NCBI GenBank assembly: GCA_965214405.1
Contig: OZ243956.1
Span: forward strand, 2,656,001-2,720,000
DNA length: 64,000 bases
Source of the DNA: Trueperaceae bacterium
Lineage (GTDB): Bacteria > Deinococcota > Deinococci > Deinococcales > Trueperaceae
Reading direction: 5' to 3'
Each line of letters begins with the position of its first letter. Positions within the stretch are counted from its first letter, which is position 1. Shown piece after piece: positions 30,797 to 41,551 of this stretch. The notes below the pieces were generated by a model that was given only the letters and a program-made list of their open reading frames with translations, searched no databases and was not told the origin of the DNA. The translations under genes and the position numbers were made by a program.

Positions 30797-31348
30797 TCAC
30801 GCATTGGTGAGTTCCCTCGGCTTTTCCGTAGGCGCTTCGGCGGCGCGGCTCGAGACCGCCCGCCGCTGCACCAGCGACACCGCGCCGACGATGCTCGTGA
30901 GTAGAAGCACCCCCACAAGCTGGAACGCCAGCACAAACTGCGTAAAGAGCGCGTCGCCGATAGGCCCCGCGCCCCCGCCGCCCAGCGCCGCCGCGATGAT
31001 TTCAAAACTTGGCAGGAGCTGCGGGCTCGAGAAAGCGACAAGCGCGATGCCCACCGCCGCGACCAGACCCGTTAAGTAGGCCGCCGGGCGCAGCCAGCCG
31101 AGCCCTGTGGCGCGCTCCTCCCCCACGTTGAGCAGCATGATGACGAACAAAAAGAGCACCATGATGGCCCCCGCGTAAACGATGACCTGAATCGCCGCGA
31201 GGAAGTGCGCCTGCAAAGTCACGTAAGTCACCGCCAGCGTCAGCAGCGTCCCGACGAGCGAGAGCGCCGCGTGGACGGGCTGCCGCAGCGTGATGACGCC
31301 CACCGCGCCGAGGGTCATGACGGCGGCAAGGATGATGAACATCAGCAC
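30797..31348 (-). CDS. nuoJ: NADH-quinone oxidoreductase subunit J
   Basis: QVIVYAGAIMVLFLFVIMLL. Confidence 0.96.
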   Translation of the reverse strand: MLMFIILAAVMTLGAVGVITLRQPVHAALSLVGTLLTLAVTYVTLQAHFLAAIQVIVYAGAIMVLFLFVIMLLNVGEERATGLGWLRPAAYLTGLVAAVGIALVAFSSPQLLPSFEIIAAALGGGGAGPIGDALFTQFVLAFQLVGVLLLTSIVGAVSLVQRRAVSSRAAEAPTEKPRELTNA

Positions 31349-31360
31349 GGTAAGTCCTCT

Positions 31361-31423
31361 AGGACTGAGGACTGAGAGAGGAGAGAAAAGTATAACTTTC
31401 CTCTCAGTCCTTTTCTCTTTCCT
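31361..31423. repeat. Dispersed heptamer-based hairpin repeat, copy 1 (nuoI-nuoJ spacer)
   Basis: AGGACTGAGGACTGAGAG...GAGAAAAG...CTCTCAGTCCTTTTCTCTTTCCT; closely similar to 40402-40468. Confidence 0.8.
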
Positions 31424-31427
31424 CCCA

Positions 31428-31952
31428 CTAGTAGTCCACCCCCTCGAGCTCAGGCCGCGGCCCCGACTTGAGGCCCAGGCGAACCTCCTTGCCCTCGGCG
31501 GCGGCTTCGCGGCGTTGCCACTTGCTGCCCTTGGTGCCGACGAGCATGTCTTCTTTGCCGTAGGTGAAGTCCTTGTAGCGGTAGTCGGCGAGCTCGAACT
31601 CGTGGCCCAGGACCACCGCGCCCGTGGGGCAGGCTTCCTCGCACATGCCGCAAAAAATACAGCGCAGCATGTTGATTTCGTAGATGCTGGCGTAGCGTTC
31701 GCCGGGCGAGGTGGGGTGGTCGGGGTCGTTCTCGGCGGCCTCGACGTAGATGGCGTAGGCTGGGCAGGCCGCGGCGCACAAGGAGCAGCCGATACACTTT
31801 TCCAACCCGTTCGGATGCCGCAACAGGTGGTGCCGCCCCCGGAAGCGCGGCTGCACCGTCGCGGGCTCTTCGGGATAACGCACCGTCACGGGCTTCTTGA
31901 AAAGGTGCCCGAGCGTGACGCCCATCCCCTTGGCGATGTCTAAAACACTCAT
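31428..31952 (-). CDS. nuoI: NADH-quinone oxidoreductase subunit I
   Basis: [12 protein letters not shown] and [12 protein letters not shown] 4Fe-4S motifs. Confidence 0.97.
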   Translation of the reverse strand: MSVLDIAKGMGVTLGHLFKKPVTVRYPEEPATVQPRFRGRHHLLRHPNGLEKCIGCSLCAAACPAYAIYVEAAENDPDHPTSPGERYASIYEINMLRCIFCGMCEEACPTGAVVLGHEFELADYRYKDFTYGKEDMLVGTKGSKWQRREAAAEGKEVRLGLKSGPRPELEGVDY

Positions 31953-32425
31953 ACGGTCTCCTCTAACAAAATACTTACCGAATCCCCTACCCGAATCGTA
32001 CCGCTTTTAACGATGCCCGCCCGCAAGCCCGCCTGATGAACCATGCTCAGCACGTCCTTGTGGACGATGGTGGCGAGGTGGTTGCAGGGCTCACACAGCC
32101 GGGTGCCGCGCAGCACAACGTCGCCGACTCTAAACGTTTTTCCCACAAGCCCATTGAGGCTGACGCCCTTGGTGACGATGTTGCGGCGCAGGTCGCCGGG
32201 TGCCAAGTCGTGCCCGCTCCGCTTGTTGAACGCCTCGAGCATCTCCCTCTCAACCAGCGTCACCTCAAAAGAGGGCGCTTCAACCGTGTCGGAAAAAGTT
32301 CCCTCGCCCTTGAAGTAGCGGTCACCCTCAAGGCCCTTCCCTTGAACAGCCTCCACCAAATCTACCGTCTCCATCGGCGCTTCTGCGCGGGATGCGATGT
32401 GGATGGATACGACTTTGTTATTCAT
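31949..32425 (-). CDS. MOSC-domain protein inside the nuo operon
   Basis: [45 protein letters not shown] before ATG 32425; stop overlaps the nuoI start. Confidence 0.9.
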   Translation of the reverse strand: MNNKVVSIHIASRAEAPMETVDLVEAVQGKGLEGDRYFKGEGTFSDTVEAPSFEVTLVEREMLEAFNKRSGHDLAPGDLRRNIVTKGVSLNGLVGKTFRVGDVVLRGTRLCEPCNHLATIVHKDVLSMVHQAGLRAGIVKSGTIRVGDSVSILLEETV

Positions 32426-32460
32426 ACGCTCTCCTCGAGTCTCGTCATCAAGCACGTCCG

Positions 32461-33504
32461 CTAGAGCACAAAAGCGATGATAGCCCCCGTCAAAATCGCG
32501 CTCCCCAGCGCAATCTCAAAAAGGTAAATCCAGCCAAAGCGCATGAGCTGGTCGTAGCGAAAGCGGGGCAAGGAGCCGCGCAGCCAGATGAACAGGAACA
32601 TGAAAATCGCCATTTTGGCGATAAGCCAGACAAAAGGCCACTCCGCCATCCCCGGAATGATGTTATTGAAAAAATCCGGGCCGCGCCAGCCGCCCAGAAA
32701 GAGCGTGCTGATAAAGGCGGCGGCGGTCATCATGTTGACGTACTCGGCCATTTGGAAGAGCGCCCACTTGATGGACGAATATTCGGTGAGGTAGCCCGCG
32801 ACAATCTCCTGCTCCGCCTCGGGCAAGTCAAAGGGCGTGCGGTTCACCTCGGCGATGGCGGAAATGACGAAGGTCACAAAGGCAACTGTAAGCGGCAGCC
32901 AGAGCCAGGGGGAGATAGACCAGACGTTGAGGTAGACGATTTCGCGCAAGTTCAGGGTGCCCGCGATCATGATGATGGTCAGCACGGACAAACCCAGCCC
33001 GAGTTCGTACGAGATGAGCTGCGCCGACGAGCGCAAACTGCCCAGCAGCGAGTATTTGGAGTTCGAGGCCCAGCCCGCCAAAAAGATGCCGTAGACCCCG
33101 ATGCTGGTCGCGGCGAGTACAAAGAGGAGACCGATGTCCAAATCCATAATCCAGGGATTGAAGCCGAACAAGCTCCCCGCCGGACCCGCGGGAATCGCGC
33201 CAAACGCGGTGAGCGCAAAGGTGATGGACACGAAGGGCGCGAGAAAGTAGACGAACTTGTCCGCCGCCGTGACGGTGATGTCCTCTTTGAAAATCGACTT
33301 GATGGCGTCGGCGATGGGTTGCAGCATCCCGAAGGGTCCCACGCGGTTGGGTCCTATACGGTTTTGCATCCGCGCCAAGACGCGGCGCTCGATGACGGTC
33401 ATGTAGGCGAACGCGCCCAAGAGGACGGTGCAGAGCAGGAGCGCCTTTAAGAAAGTGATGATGAGCGGGTCGTTCGCGCGGGTGATGAAAAGGACTTCGC
33501 TCAT
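32461..33504 (-). CDS. nuoH: NADH-quinone oxidoreductase subunit H
   Basis: [44 protein letters not shown]. Confidence 0.97.
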   Translation of the reverse strand: MSEVLFITRANDPLIITFLKALLLCTVLLGAFAYMTVIERRVLARMQNRIGPNRVGPFGMLQPIADAIKSIFKEDITVTAADKFVYFLAPFVSITFALTAFGAIPAGPAGSLFGFNPWIMDLDIGLLFVLAATSIGVYGIFLAGWASNSKYSLLGSLRSSAQLISYELGLGLSVLTIIMIAGTLNLREIVYLNVWSISPWLWLPLTVAFVTFVISAIAEVNRTPFDLPEAEQEIVAGYLTEYSSIKWALFQMAEYVNMMTAAAFISTLFLGGWRGPDFFNNIIPGMAEWPFVWLIAKMAIFMFLFIWLRGSLPRFRYDQLMRFGWIYLFEIALGSAILTGAIIAFVL

Positions 33505-35957
33505 GAGGCGGCTCCAAGCAACGGGGTCTCGAGCCTCGGAGCTTCCACCTCTTTCTCGAGCGCCTCCACGTCAACCCTCACCAACCCCATCGGCTGCTCG
33601 GGCAGCGCGGGCAGGAGCATGAGCCCTTCGGGCACACCGTCGTCCACCGCCACCACCGCGCGCCGCGTCGCGCCGCCGACGGTGAGCTTGACGCGGCTAC
33701 CGGGGGTTAGGTCTCGAGCTAGCGCGTCCGCCGGGTGAAGGCGCAACGCCGTTTCACCAAAGGCTGAGCGCAAGCCGGGGTTGCGCCCCAAATGCTCGGC
33801 GCGGACCATTGTGGGCACCAAGAGGAGGTTACCCTCAGTGCGCCCTTCAACCCCTTGCGGGGCTTCGCCTTTGAGGACGACCGGGGGCAGGTAACCTTCG
33901 TCGGGAAGCTCGCTTAAGTCAACGCTGAAGTCTTTCTTAAACGCGCGGTGGGCGCTGCGGAGGCTGCGGCCATCCAAACGGGTGCCCAGCGCGTCACCCA
34001 AACGTTTGACGACGCCCGTGAAATCTTCCGCCCCGCCGCCGTCCACGGGCGCGGCGCTGACGTTGAGATAGCGGCCCTCGAGGTTCACCACCGTCCCCTC
34101 TTTTTCGTAACCCGTTTTGGCGGGCAGGACGACGTGGGCCATTTTGGTGGTGGCGGTGGGGAAAGTGGAGTGGGCGATTAAAAGCTCGATTCCCCCCAGC
34201 TTTTCCGCCACCTCTTTGTCCGCTGCGGGGTCTAAGTTGGACAGGAGGAGGGCTCGAGCCCCGCCGTTCAGCATCCCGGCGTAGGAGTGGTGGGTGTCTT
34301 TGGGGAGAACGCCCAGACGCTCCAACCCATGCGAGTTCGCCATCGGCCCCACCGCCACCGCCTTGGCCCCCACCGCCTTGGCAAGCGCGTTCGCCGCGTC
34401 CGCCGCCTCGCGTGAAGCAGTGACGAAACCACCGTAGATGATGACGGCGTCTTCTGCATCTTTGAGGCGGGTGACGAGCCCTTGCATGTCCTCTTGGCTC
34501 ATCCCAAACCGCGTCGCGTCGTCTACCGTCTCACCGTTGGCGACGCTTACGAGGCTTTGAAGAAATGCGGCTTCCCTGCCTGCTGGATAGACGACGCTCG
34601 AGCCTGCATGACTCATCAAATCAACGCGGTAAGGTGCGGCCACGTTCAAAAGCTCGCGCTTACGCGGCGCGCGCTCCTTGAGGCGCAAATCGGCGATGGG
34701 CACGCCGTGGGCCATGAGTTCGGGGGGCACCACACCCTTTAGCGCCTCTTTGATGCGCAAATCCACCACGGGCGCTTCTTCGGTGAGGTCGCCGATCACC
34801 AACAGCGCGTCGCTCGTCGCCACGTCCGTGAGCGTAGCCTGCGGCGCGTTCGGGATGACCGAGGCGGCGGGGCGTGGGAAGTGGTCCAGGCCGCCCTTGA
34901 AGTGTTCGGCCAAGCTCTTGGCGGCGACGCCTTCCTCGAGCGTCGCGTCAGCCCTCAAAACAATCCCCGGCTCGCCCTCACCAAACGCGCTAAGCTGCTC
35001 CGCGACAAATTCCGCCGCCTCGTCCCAGGTCACGGGCGTGAGCCGCCCGTTAAGGCGAATCATCGGGTTTCTGATGCGATCTTTGGCGTCCACATACTCG
35101 TGCCCAAAGCGCCCGCCATCGCAAATCCAGTCGTTGTTGACCTGCGTGTTGCGCGCCCCCTTGACCCGCTCGATGCGCCCCGTGCGCGCGTCCACATTCG
35201 TCGCGCAGCCCACCGGGCAGTGCAAGCAGGTGGTGCGGGTATGGTCATATTCCCAGTTGCGACCCCGGAAGCGGCTCGTCGAATCCAGCAGCGCCCCAAC
35301 CGGACAAATGTCGGTGATGTTGCCCGTGAAGTTCGAGGGTAAACCTTCCTCCTCGGTGCCGATGTAGGTGTGCCCGCCCCGCTCGATAAAGTCCAGCACC
35401 TCGTCGTCAGGAATTTCTTCAAAGTAACGCACGCAGCGTTTGCAGTGGATGCAACGTTCGCGGTCCAGGGTGATGAGGCTCGAGAGCGCGTGATGCTTCT
35501 CCTGATGCCGCTTGGTAAACTGAAACCGCGACACGCCGCTGCCGTACTCGTACGCGCGGTCTTGGAGTTCGCAGGCCCCGCCCTTGTCGCAGGTCGGGCA
35601 GTCGAGCGGGTGGTTGATGAGGGTAAATTCCATCATCCCCGCCTGCGCGCTTTTTACTTCGGAGGAGAGCGTGTCAACGACCATCCCTTCCATCACCGCG
35701 GTGGTGCAGGTCGCCATGAGGTTCGGGAAATAGAAAATTTTGGGCTCGCCCGTCTCCTCGTCCAAAATCCACTCACCCGTCTTCTGGTCCTTGCGCGGCG
35801 CGCCCACCTTGGCTAAGCACATCCGGCAGGCCCCAATGGGCGACATGTACTCCTGCGAGCAAAAGTACGGCACGTCGTACCCGGCGGCAAAAACCGCGTC
35901 AATGGCGGAGGTGCCGGGTTCTAAATCCATCTCTACGTCGTTGACTTTAACTTTCAT
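33501..35957 (-). CDS. nuoG: NADH-quinone oxidoreductase subunit G
   Basis: [31 protein letters not shown]7-type CLHCPVGC...WICD. Confidence 0.96.
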   Translation of the reverse strand: MKVKVNDVEMDLEPGTSAIDAVFAAGYDVPYFCSQEYMSPIGACRMCLAKVGAPRKDQKTGEWILDEETGEPKIFYFPNLMATCTTAVMEGMVVDTLSSEVKSAQAGMMEFTLINHPLDCPTCDKGGACELQDRAYEYGSGVSRFQFTKRHQEKHHALSSLITLDRERCIHCKRCVRYFEEIPDDEVLDFIERGGHTYIGTEEEGLPSNFTGNITDICPVGALLDSTSRFRGRNWEYDHTRTTCLHCPVGCATNVDARTGRIERVKGARNTQVNNDWICDGGRFGHEYVDAKDRIRNPMIRLNGRLTPVTWDEAAEFVAEQLSAFGEGEPGIVLRADATLEEGVAAKSLAEHFKGGLDHFPRPAASVIPNAPQATLTDVATSDALLVIGDLTEEAPVVDLRIKEALKGVVPPELMAHGVPIADLRLKERAPRKRELLNVAAPYRVDLMSHAGSSVVYPAGREAAFLQSLVSVANGETVDDATRFGMSQEDMQGLVTRLKDAEDAVIIYGGFVTASREAADAANALAKAVGAKAVAVGPMANSHGLERLGVLPKDTHHSYAGMLNGGARALLLSNLDPAADKEVAEKLGGIELLIAHSTFPTATTKMAHVVLPAKTGYEKEGTVVNLEGRYLNVSAAPVDGGGAEDFTGVVKRLGDALGTRLDGRSLRSAHRAFKKDFSVDLSELPDEGYLPPVVLKGEAPQGVEGRTEGNLLLVPTMVRAEHLGRNPGLRSAFGETALRLHPADALARDLTPGSRVKLTVGGATRRAVVAVDDGVPEGLMLLPALPEQPMGLVRVDVEALEKEVEAPRLETPLLGAAS

Positions 35958-35981
35958 GCGTCACGTCCCTCTTAAAACTCC

Positions 35982-37322
35982 TCATTCCGCCCACCAATCC
36001 ATCTTTTTGTACATCGGCTCCCCGTGTTGAATCAGATACTCGTACTCCTCGCGGAAATACTTGATGCTCGCCTGCACCGGCATCGCGCAGGCGTCGGCCA
36101 AGGGGCAAAAGGCGGTGCCGCGCATGTTTTTGACCATGTTCTCGATAAGCTCCAAGTCGCCCGGTTGCCCCAAGCCCGCGAGCAGCTTTTTGTACATCTT
36201 CGGCAGCCAGGTGGCGACGCCCTCGCGGCAGGGGGTGCATTTGCCGCAGGACTCGTGCGCATAAAAGCGCACGATGTTGTATAGCGCGTTCACCATGCAC
36301 TTCTCTTTGGGGATGAGGATGACGCCGCCCGTGCCCAGCATCGAGCCCTTCTTGGTGATCGAGCCGTAATCCATCGGCGTGTCCAGATACTCGTCCGTAA
36401 AGGGGAACATTGGCGTCGAGGAGCCCCCCGGAATGAGCGCTTTTATCGCAAGCGTCGGCCCGCCCGCGAGGTCATAAACGAGTTCACGAAAAGTCGCGCC
36501 CATCGGCATTTCGTAAACGCCGGGCCGGGCGACGGGGCCGCTGATTTGGTAGAGCTTGGTGCCCTTCGAGTCCTCGCTGCCCATGTTTGAAAACCACGCC
36601 GCGCCCTTGTTGATGATGTGGACGGCGCTCGCCAACGAAGTCACGTTGTTGATCGTCGTCGGCCTGCTGTAGACGCCCGCCTGCGCCGGGAAGGGCGGCT
36701 TGAGGCGCGGGTTGGCGCGCAGACCCTCGTACGAGTTCATCAGCGCCGTTTCCTCGCCGCAGATGTAGGCCCCGGCCCCACGGTGCAAGATGATGTCGAA
36801 CTCGAAATCCGTCCCGAACAGGTTTTTGCCCAAGTAGCCCGCCTTGCGCGCCTCTATGACCGCTTGCTCGGTTCGCTCGTAGCCTTTGTAATATTCTCCG
36901 CGGATGTAGATGATGCCCTTGGTCGCTTGAATCGCGTAACCCGCGATAATCATGCCTTCGATGAGCTGGTGGGGGTCGTCCTCGAGCACATACCTGTCCT
37001 TAAACGACCCCGGCTCCGACTCGTCGGCGTTACAGAGGATGAAACGCTGCCGCCCGTCCGGTTTGGGCATAAACGACCACTTGACCCCCGTCGGAAAGCC
37101 CGCGCCGCCCCGGCCCCGCAGCCCCGAAGCTTTCACCTCATTCACCACGTCCTCGGCCTTCATCGTCGTGAGCGCCTTTTTCGCTCCGTCGTAACCGCCG
37201 TGTGAGAGGTAATAGTCGAGCGTCCACGCCCCCTCGACCCCCACGTGCTCGTACAGCGCCACCTTGTAACGCGGGTCTTTGCGGCTGGTAATTGGCTTGG
37301 GCTTATCTGCCACTGCGTCCAC
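35982..37322 (-). CDS. nuoF: NADH-quinone oxidoreductase subunit F
   Basis: [46 protein letters not shown]. Confidence 0.97.
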   Translation of the reverse strand: MDAVADKPKPITSRKDPRYKVALYEHVGVEGAWTLDYYLSHGGYDGAKKALTTMKAEDVVNEVKASGLRGRGGAGFPTGVKWSFMPKPDGRQRFILCNADESEPGSFKDRYVLEDDPHQLIEGMIIAGYAIQATKGIIYIRGEYYKGYERTEQAVIEARKAGYLGKNLFGTDFEFDIILHRGAGAYICGEETALMNSYEGLRANPRLKPPFPAQAGVYSRPTTINNVTSLASAVHIINKGAAWFSNMGSEDSKGTKLYQISGPVARPGVYEMPMGATFRELVYDLAGGPTLAIKALIPGGSSTPMFPFTDEYLDTPMDYGSITKKGSMLGTGGVILIPKEKCMVNALYNIVRFYAHESCGKCTPCREGVATWLPKMYKKLLAGLGQPGDLELIENMVKNMRGTAFCPLADACAMPVQASIKYFREEYEYLIQHGEPMYKKMDWWAE

Positions 37323-37888
37323 TATTCACCTCCGATGACGGGCTTCGTTGCGCCCGCGTTGTCGCCGCCGCGTTCAAACTTGGGCTCCGGCGTCTCATCC
37401 CGCCGAAAAGCCTCCAAAAGTTCCTTACACCGCGTTTTCGTCACCCGCTCGTAATAGGTGTCGTTCACCTGAAGTACGGGCGCGGTGCCGCACGAGCCTA
37501 AACACTCAACCTTTTGGATGCTAAAGCGCCCGTCGCGGCTCGTCTCGCCGGGGACGAGGCCGAGCTCTTCAGAGATAAAGTCGCACATCTCATCTGAACC
37601 TGCCAAGGCGCAGGGCAATGTCGAGCAGATTTGCAGGTGATACGCGCCCACGGGCTGCTCGTGATAGGTCGAATAAAAGCTCATCACGCCCTTGACCTCG
37701 GTGGCGTGGAGGTCCAGAATCGCCGCGATTTCTTCTAAACGCGCTTCCGAAATGTGCCGCTCGGCGCGCTGCACCTCCCACAAGAGGGGCATGACGGCGC
37801 TGCGGCGGCCATAGTCGGGGTAGCGCCCCAAGATTTCGTTTAAGACATCTTGTTTATCGGCAAAATATGGTTTGACCGTTTCTACCAT
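37322..37888 (-). CDS. nuoE: NADH-quinone oxidoreductase subunit E
   Basis: ICSTLPCAL and [10 protein letters not shown] 2Fe-2S ligands. Confidence 0.95.
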   Translation of the reverse strand: MVETVKPYFADKQDVLNEILGRYPDYGRRSAVMPLLWEVQRAERHISEARLEEIAAILDLHATEVKGVMSFYSTYHEQPVGAYHLQICSTLPCALAGSDEMCDFISEELGLVPGETSRDGRFSIQKVECLGSCGTAPVLQVNDTYYERVTKTRCKELLEAFRRDETPEPKFERGGDNAGATKPVIGGE

Positions 37889-38100
37889 TGTGTTTCCTCT
37901 ATATGCTCATAACTACTCATACGCGCCTTGAATTCTTCGAGCGACAAGGTTTCGCCGTCGCGCCGCTCAGCGATAACGAGGAGGTCGTGAAGGTCCTCGA
38001 GCATCCTCTCATATACTTCAAAAGGAAGCACGACCTTGGTTTTCTCGCCCCTTTCGTTGATGATGTGCTCGAGCCCACTACTAAACTGCATGTGAAACAT
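37882..38100 (-). CDS. Orphan antitoxin-like small protein within the nuo operon
   Basis: IINERGEKTKVVLPFEVYERMLEDLHDLLVIAERRDGETLSLEEFK resembles small antitoxins found upstream of RelE toxins; GGAGGAGG RBS; start 38100 or 38091. Confidence 0.65.
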   Translation of the reverse strand: MFHMQFSSGLEHIINERGEKTKVVLPFEVYERMLEDLHDLLVIAERRDGETLSLEEFKARMSSYEHIEETQW

Positions 38101-38139
38101 CAGCCTCCTCCCCAAAACTCATCTGTCCACGTCTCCTCA

Positions 38140-38487
38140 TCACGCTCCCTCTGCGCGCTTGAGCTTTTGCGCCTCGAGCCTTTGCTCCCTGAGGGATTTT
38201 ACAAAAATCTTTGCGCCGACCACACAAGCAACTATTCCGGGTATGAAGATAGCCAGCTTGACCGCCCATGAATCGAAGAAGGTCGTTGGCAGGTACACAA
38301 AATTGAGTAACATGAGAAAGTACGAAACAAAAGCCCACCTGCTCACACGGCCCTCTTCTATATACTTTTGCTCGCGCGCTTCCATTTTCCCGAAAAACCA
38401 CACAAGAGCTTTACCGACAAACAGCGCGAGAAGGACGAAAAGAGCGCAGCCAGCCAGAATCCATAAAAGCACAGAAAGCAAGTTCAT
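38140..38487 (-). CDS. Hypothetical 3-TM membrane protein within the nuo operon
   Basis: Hydrophobic 115-aa ORF, AT-richer than flanking nuo genes. Confidence 0.65.
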   Translation of the reverse strand: MNLLSVLLWILAGCALFVLLALFVGKALVWFFGKMEAREQKYIEEGRVSRWAFVSYFLMLLNFVYLPTTFFDSWAVKLAIFIPGIVACVVGAKIFVKSLREQRLEAQKLKRAEGA

Positions 38488-38543
38488 TGTTCCCGCCTTT
38501 CTAACAGAAAACTAGCCGTGCATCTCTTCTCGCGCTCAACCAT

Positions 38544-39770
38544 CTATTTATCCACGTCCCCCATCACCGGGTCCATCGTGGCGATATTTACCACCATGTC
38601 GGCAAAAAGCCCGCCGAGACAGGTCGGCTCCAGGCTCTGCAAGTTAATGAGACTCGGCACCCGCACCTTGACGCGGTAGGGCATCGAGCCGCCGTCCGAA
38701 ACGAGGTAGTAGCCCAGCTCGCCGCGCGCCGACTCGGTGGGCACGTAGACCTCGCCTCGAGGCGGGTGGAAGCCCTCGGTCACGAGTTTGAAGTGGAAGA
38801 TAACGGCTTCCATCGAAGTTTCAAGCTCGCTGCGGGGCGGCAGGGAGATGCGGCGGTCGGGGTCCTTGAAGGGGCCGGGCTCGAGCCTATTCAACGCCTG
38901 CTCCACAATCCTCATGCTCTCGCTCACCTCTTCAAAGCGCATCATGAAGCGGGCGTAGGCGTCGCCCTTGTCCGAGGTAGGCACCTTGAACTTGTAGTCC
39001 TCATAGCCGCTGTAGGGCTGCGCCTTACGGAAGTCCAGCCCCACCCCGCTCGCGCGCAGGCTCGGGCCGGTGAGGCCGTACTCGAGCGCCTGCTCTTTAG
39101 TTAAAACACCCACGCCCTTGGTGCGGTTCACAAAGATGTCGTTCTTGGCGAACATGGCGGCGTACTGCTCGAGCATCCGCGGAAAACTCTTTAGAAACTT
39201 GCGCACCGCGGGCTCGAATTCTTCGGGGACGTCTCTCGAGAGCCCGCCCACCCTAAAGTAACCGTAGTTCATCCGCACGCCGCTGACCATCTCGAAAATG
39301 TCCAAAATCGCGTCGCGCTCGCGGAAGGTGTAGAAAAAGGGCGTCAGCGCGCCCATGTCAAGGAGGCCGGTGCCGAAGAAAACGAGGTGGCTGGCGATGC
39401 GGTTGAGTTCGTTCAGAATCACCCGGATGCGCTGCGCCCGCACGGGCACCTGCGCGTCCATTAGCTTCTCAGCCGAGAGCACGTAAGCCAAGTCGTGCGC
39501 AAACGCGTGAAGATAATCCATCCGGTTGGAGTAGGTCACGCACTGCTGGTAGGTGCGGTTCTCCATCGTCTTCTCAAAGCCCGTGTGGAGGTAACCGATT
39601 TGCGGCTTGATGGCGACGATGCGCTCGCCGTCCAAATCCACCACCAGGCGCAGCACGCCGTGGGTGCTCGGGTGCTGCGGCCCCACGTTGAGGCGCATAT
39701 GATGCGTGCCGAACTCACCCTCCATGCTCTCGTTCACGCCCGGCACGGCGCCCGCTTGCGTCATCGTCAT
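38544..39770 (-). CDS. nuoD: NADH-quinone oxidoreductase subunit D
   Basis: [41 protein letters not shown]. Confidence 0.97.
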   Translation of the reverse strand: MTMTQAGAVPGVNESMEGEFGTHHMRLNVGPQHPSTHGVLRLVVDLDGERIVAIKPQIGYLHTGFEKTMENRTYQQCVTYSNRMDYLHAFAHDLAYVLSAEKLMDAQVPVRAQRIRVILNELNRIASHLVFFGTGLLDMGALTPFFYTFRERDAILDIFEMVSGVRMNYGYFRVGGLSRDVPEEFEPAVRKFLKSFPRMLEQYAAMFAKNDIFVNRTKGVGVLTKEQALEYGLTGPSLRASGVGLDFRKAQPYSGYEDYKFKVPTSDKGDAYARFMMRFEEVSESMRIVEQALNRLEPGPFKDPDRRISLPPRSELETSMEAVIFHFKLVTEGFHPPRGEVYVPTESARGELGYYLVSDGGSMPYRVKVRVPSLINLQSLEPTCLGGLFADMVVNIATMDPVMGDVDK

Positions 39771-40399
39771 TTCTTACCTCCCGATTCCGTTTCCGTCGGC
39801 GTGCCCAGCTCCGCGTGACTCACCACGCCCTTGCGGACGCCGCCCTTCCAGCCCGACAGGCCCGAATCCTGCCCCGTCATGCCCGCGCGAAAGGTGGCGG
39901 GGTCGAGAAATCTTCCTTCGTTAAACAGTGTGGGCGTCTCGCCCAGCGGGAAGTCTTTGCGGTGCGGGTGACCGTCCAAATCCTCGGGCGTGAGGAGCTT
40001 GCGCAGGTCGGGGTGGTCCTCGAACTCGACGCCGAACATGTCGTAGACTTCGCGCTCCATAAACGACGCGCCCTTCCAGAGCCCCGTAATGGTTGGCAAG
40101 GTCTCGCCGTCGTCAAGGTTTACGCGGATGAAGAGGCGTTCGTTGGCAGAAATGCTGTAGAGGTTGTACGCAACGGTAAAACGTTTGCCCTGATGACCAG
40201 GGTAGGTGAGATAATCAATCCCGAACACATCCGAAATCATCTCGAAGCCCGCCTCTTTGGCCGTCTCCACCGCCTCGACCACCGCATCCCTTTCCACCAT
40301 CACGCTGACCATACCCTTAAACTCAGCGGGCTTGCCGCCCATTCCTTTGAGCGTATCCACCACCGACTCGACCAAGCTCACCGGCTCCACCCAGGACAC
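39767..40399 (-). CDS. nuoC: NADH-quinone oxidoreductase subunit C
   Basis: [32 protein letters not shown]. Confidence 0.96.
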   Translation of the reverse strand: MSWVEPVSLVESVVDTLKGMGGKPAEFKGMVSVMVERDAVVEAVETAKEAGFEMISDVFGIDYLTYPGHQGKRFTVAYNLYSISANERLFIRVNLDDGETLPTITGLWKGASFMEREVYDMFGVEFEDHPDLRKLLTPEDLDGHPHRKDFPLGETPTLFNEGRFLDPATFRAGMTGQDSGLSGWKGGVRKGVVSHAELGTPTETESGGKK

Positions 40400-40401
40400 C
40401 C

Positions 40402-40468
40402 AGGACTGAGAACTGAGAGGAAAGAGAAAAGTGTAATACTCTCAGTCCTCAGTCCTTTTCTCTTTCCT
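40402..40468. repeat. Dispersed heptamer-based hairpin repeat, copy 2 (nuoB-nuoC spacer)
   Basis: AGGACTGAGAACTGAGAGGAAAGAGAAAAG...CTCTCAGTCCTCAGTCCTTTTCTCTTTCCT. Confidence 0.8.
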
Positions 40469-40469
40469 C

Positions 40470-41006
40470 TCATCTGCTCCACCCCTCCACCATCGGCAAT
40501 TGAACGCCGCGCGAGTCGAACGCCTCGCCGCGCACTTTCTTTTGGAGCTGCATCACCGCGAAAACAAGCGCCTCGGGGCGGGGCGGGCAGCCGGGGACGT
40601 AGATATCCACCGGCACCACCGAGTCAACGTTCTGGACGATGGCGTAGTTGTTAAACATCCCGCCCGACGACGCGCACGCGCCCATCGAGATGACCCACTT
40701 GGGGTCGGGCATCTGTTCGTAGACGCGGCGCATCACCGGGGCCATCTTTTTGCTCAGGCGGCCCGCCACGATCATCACGTCCGCCTGCCGCGGCGAGGCG
40801 CGAAACACTTCCGAGCCAAAACGCGCCAAGTCGTTACGCGCGTTCGTCGAGTTCATCATCTCGATGGCGCAGCAGGCCAAACCAAACGTCGCGGGCCAGA
40901 GCGAGTTGGAGCGGCCCCAGGCCACGAGTTTTTCTAGGCTCGAGAACAAAATCCCCTCATTCTCGAGCTCCTGCACATCTTTCGTAAAAAGGTCTTTAAG
41001 TCCCAT
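40470..41006 (-). CDS. nuoB: NADH-quinone oxidoreductase subunit B
   Basis: [36 protein letters not shown]. Confidence 0.97.
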   Translation of the reverse strand: MGLKDLFTKDVQELENEGILFSSLEKLVAWGRSNSLWPATFGLACCAIEMMNSTNARNDLARFGSEVFRASPRQADVMIVAGRLSKKMAPVMRRVYEQMPDPKWVISMGACASSGGMFNNYAIVQNVDSVVPVDIYVPGCPPRPEALVFAVMQLQKKVRGEAFDSRGVQLPMVEGWSR

Positions 41007-41063
41007 ACCCGCCTCTCAATCTAACTCTCGAGCCTCTACTCACCACGACCCACTCACTACTAT

Positions 41064-41411
41064 CTACTGCCAATGGAGCACGCCCTTTTTGAGGATGTAC
41101 ACATACCCCACGCCCAACACAATCACAAAAATAATCGCCTGCACGAACAAAAACTCGGGCGCGGCGTGAAACCGAACCGCCAGCGGGTAAAAGAAAGCCG
41201 TCTCGATGTCAAAAATGATAAAGAGCATGGCGACGAGGTAGAAGTGAACGGGGAAACGTTCGCGCGCGCTCCCCGAGGCGGGCACGCCCGACTCATAGGC
41301 GGCCAGCTTGTTCTCGCTCCCCTTTTTGGGACCCATGAGGCCCCCCACGGCGAGCGCCGCCGCGCCGATAAAGCCCGCGGCCAGGAACATCATGAGCAGA
41401 TTGAGGTACAT
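41064..41411 (-). CDS. nuoA: NADH-quinone oxidoreductase subunit A
   Basis: [26 protein letters not shown]. Confidence 0.96.
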   Translation of the reverse strand: MYLNLLMMFLAAGFIGAAALAVGGLMGPKKGSENKLAAYESGVPASGSARERFPVHFYLVAMLFIIFDIETAFFYPLAVRFHAAPEFLFVQAIIFVIVLGVGYVYILKKGVLHWQ

Positions 41412-41551
41412 GGGCGTCTCCTTTAGAAAACTTCAAACATCGCAAAACGAGCGAAGGGGGAGGGGCGAACCGCTTTGTGCGGCTTTTCACAGCTTTTTCT
41501 AGTGTAGTTTATCATTTCTCGAGAACCCTCAACAAGAGTGCGAGTGCATAG

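Noticed and set aside
31361..40468. CRISPR array from the repeated intergenic sequences
   Set aside because: Copies are kilobases apart with no repeat-spacer periodicity and no cas genes
25800..41500. Long antisense and alternate-frame ORFs over nuo and other genes
   Set aside because: Expected shadow ORFs in high-GC coding DNA; no motifs or RBS support
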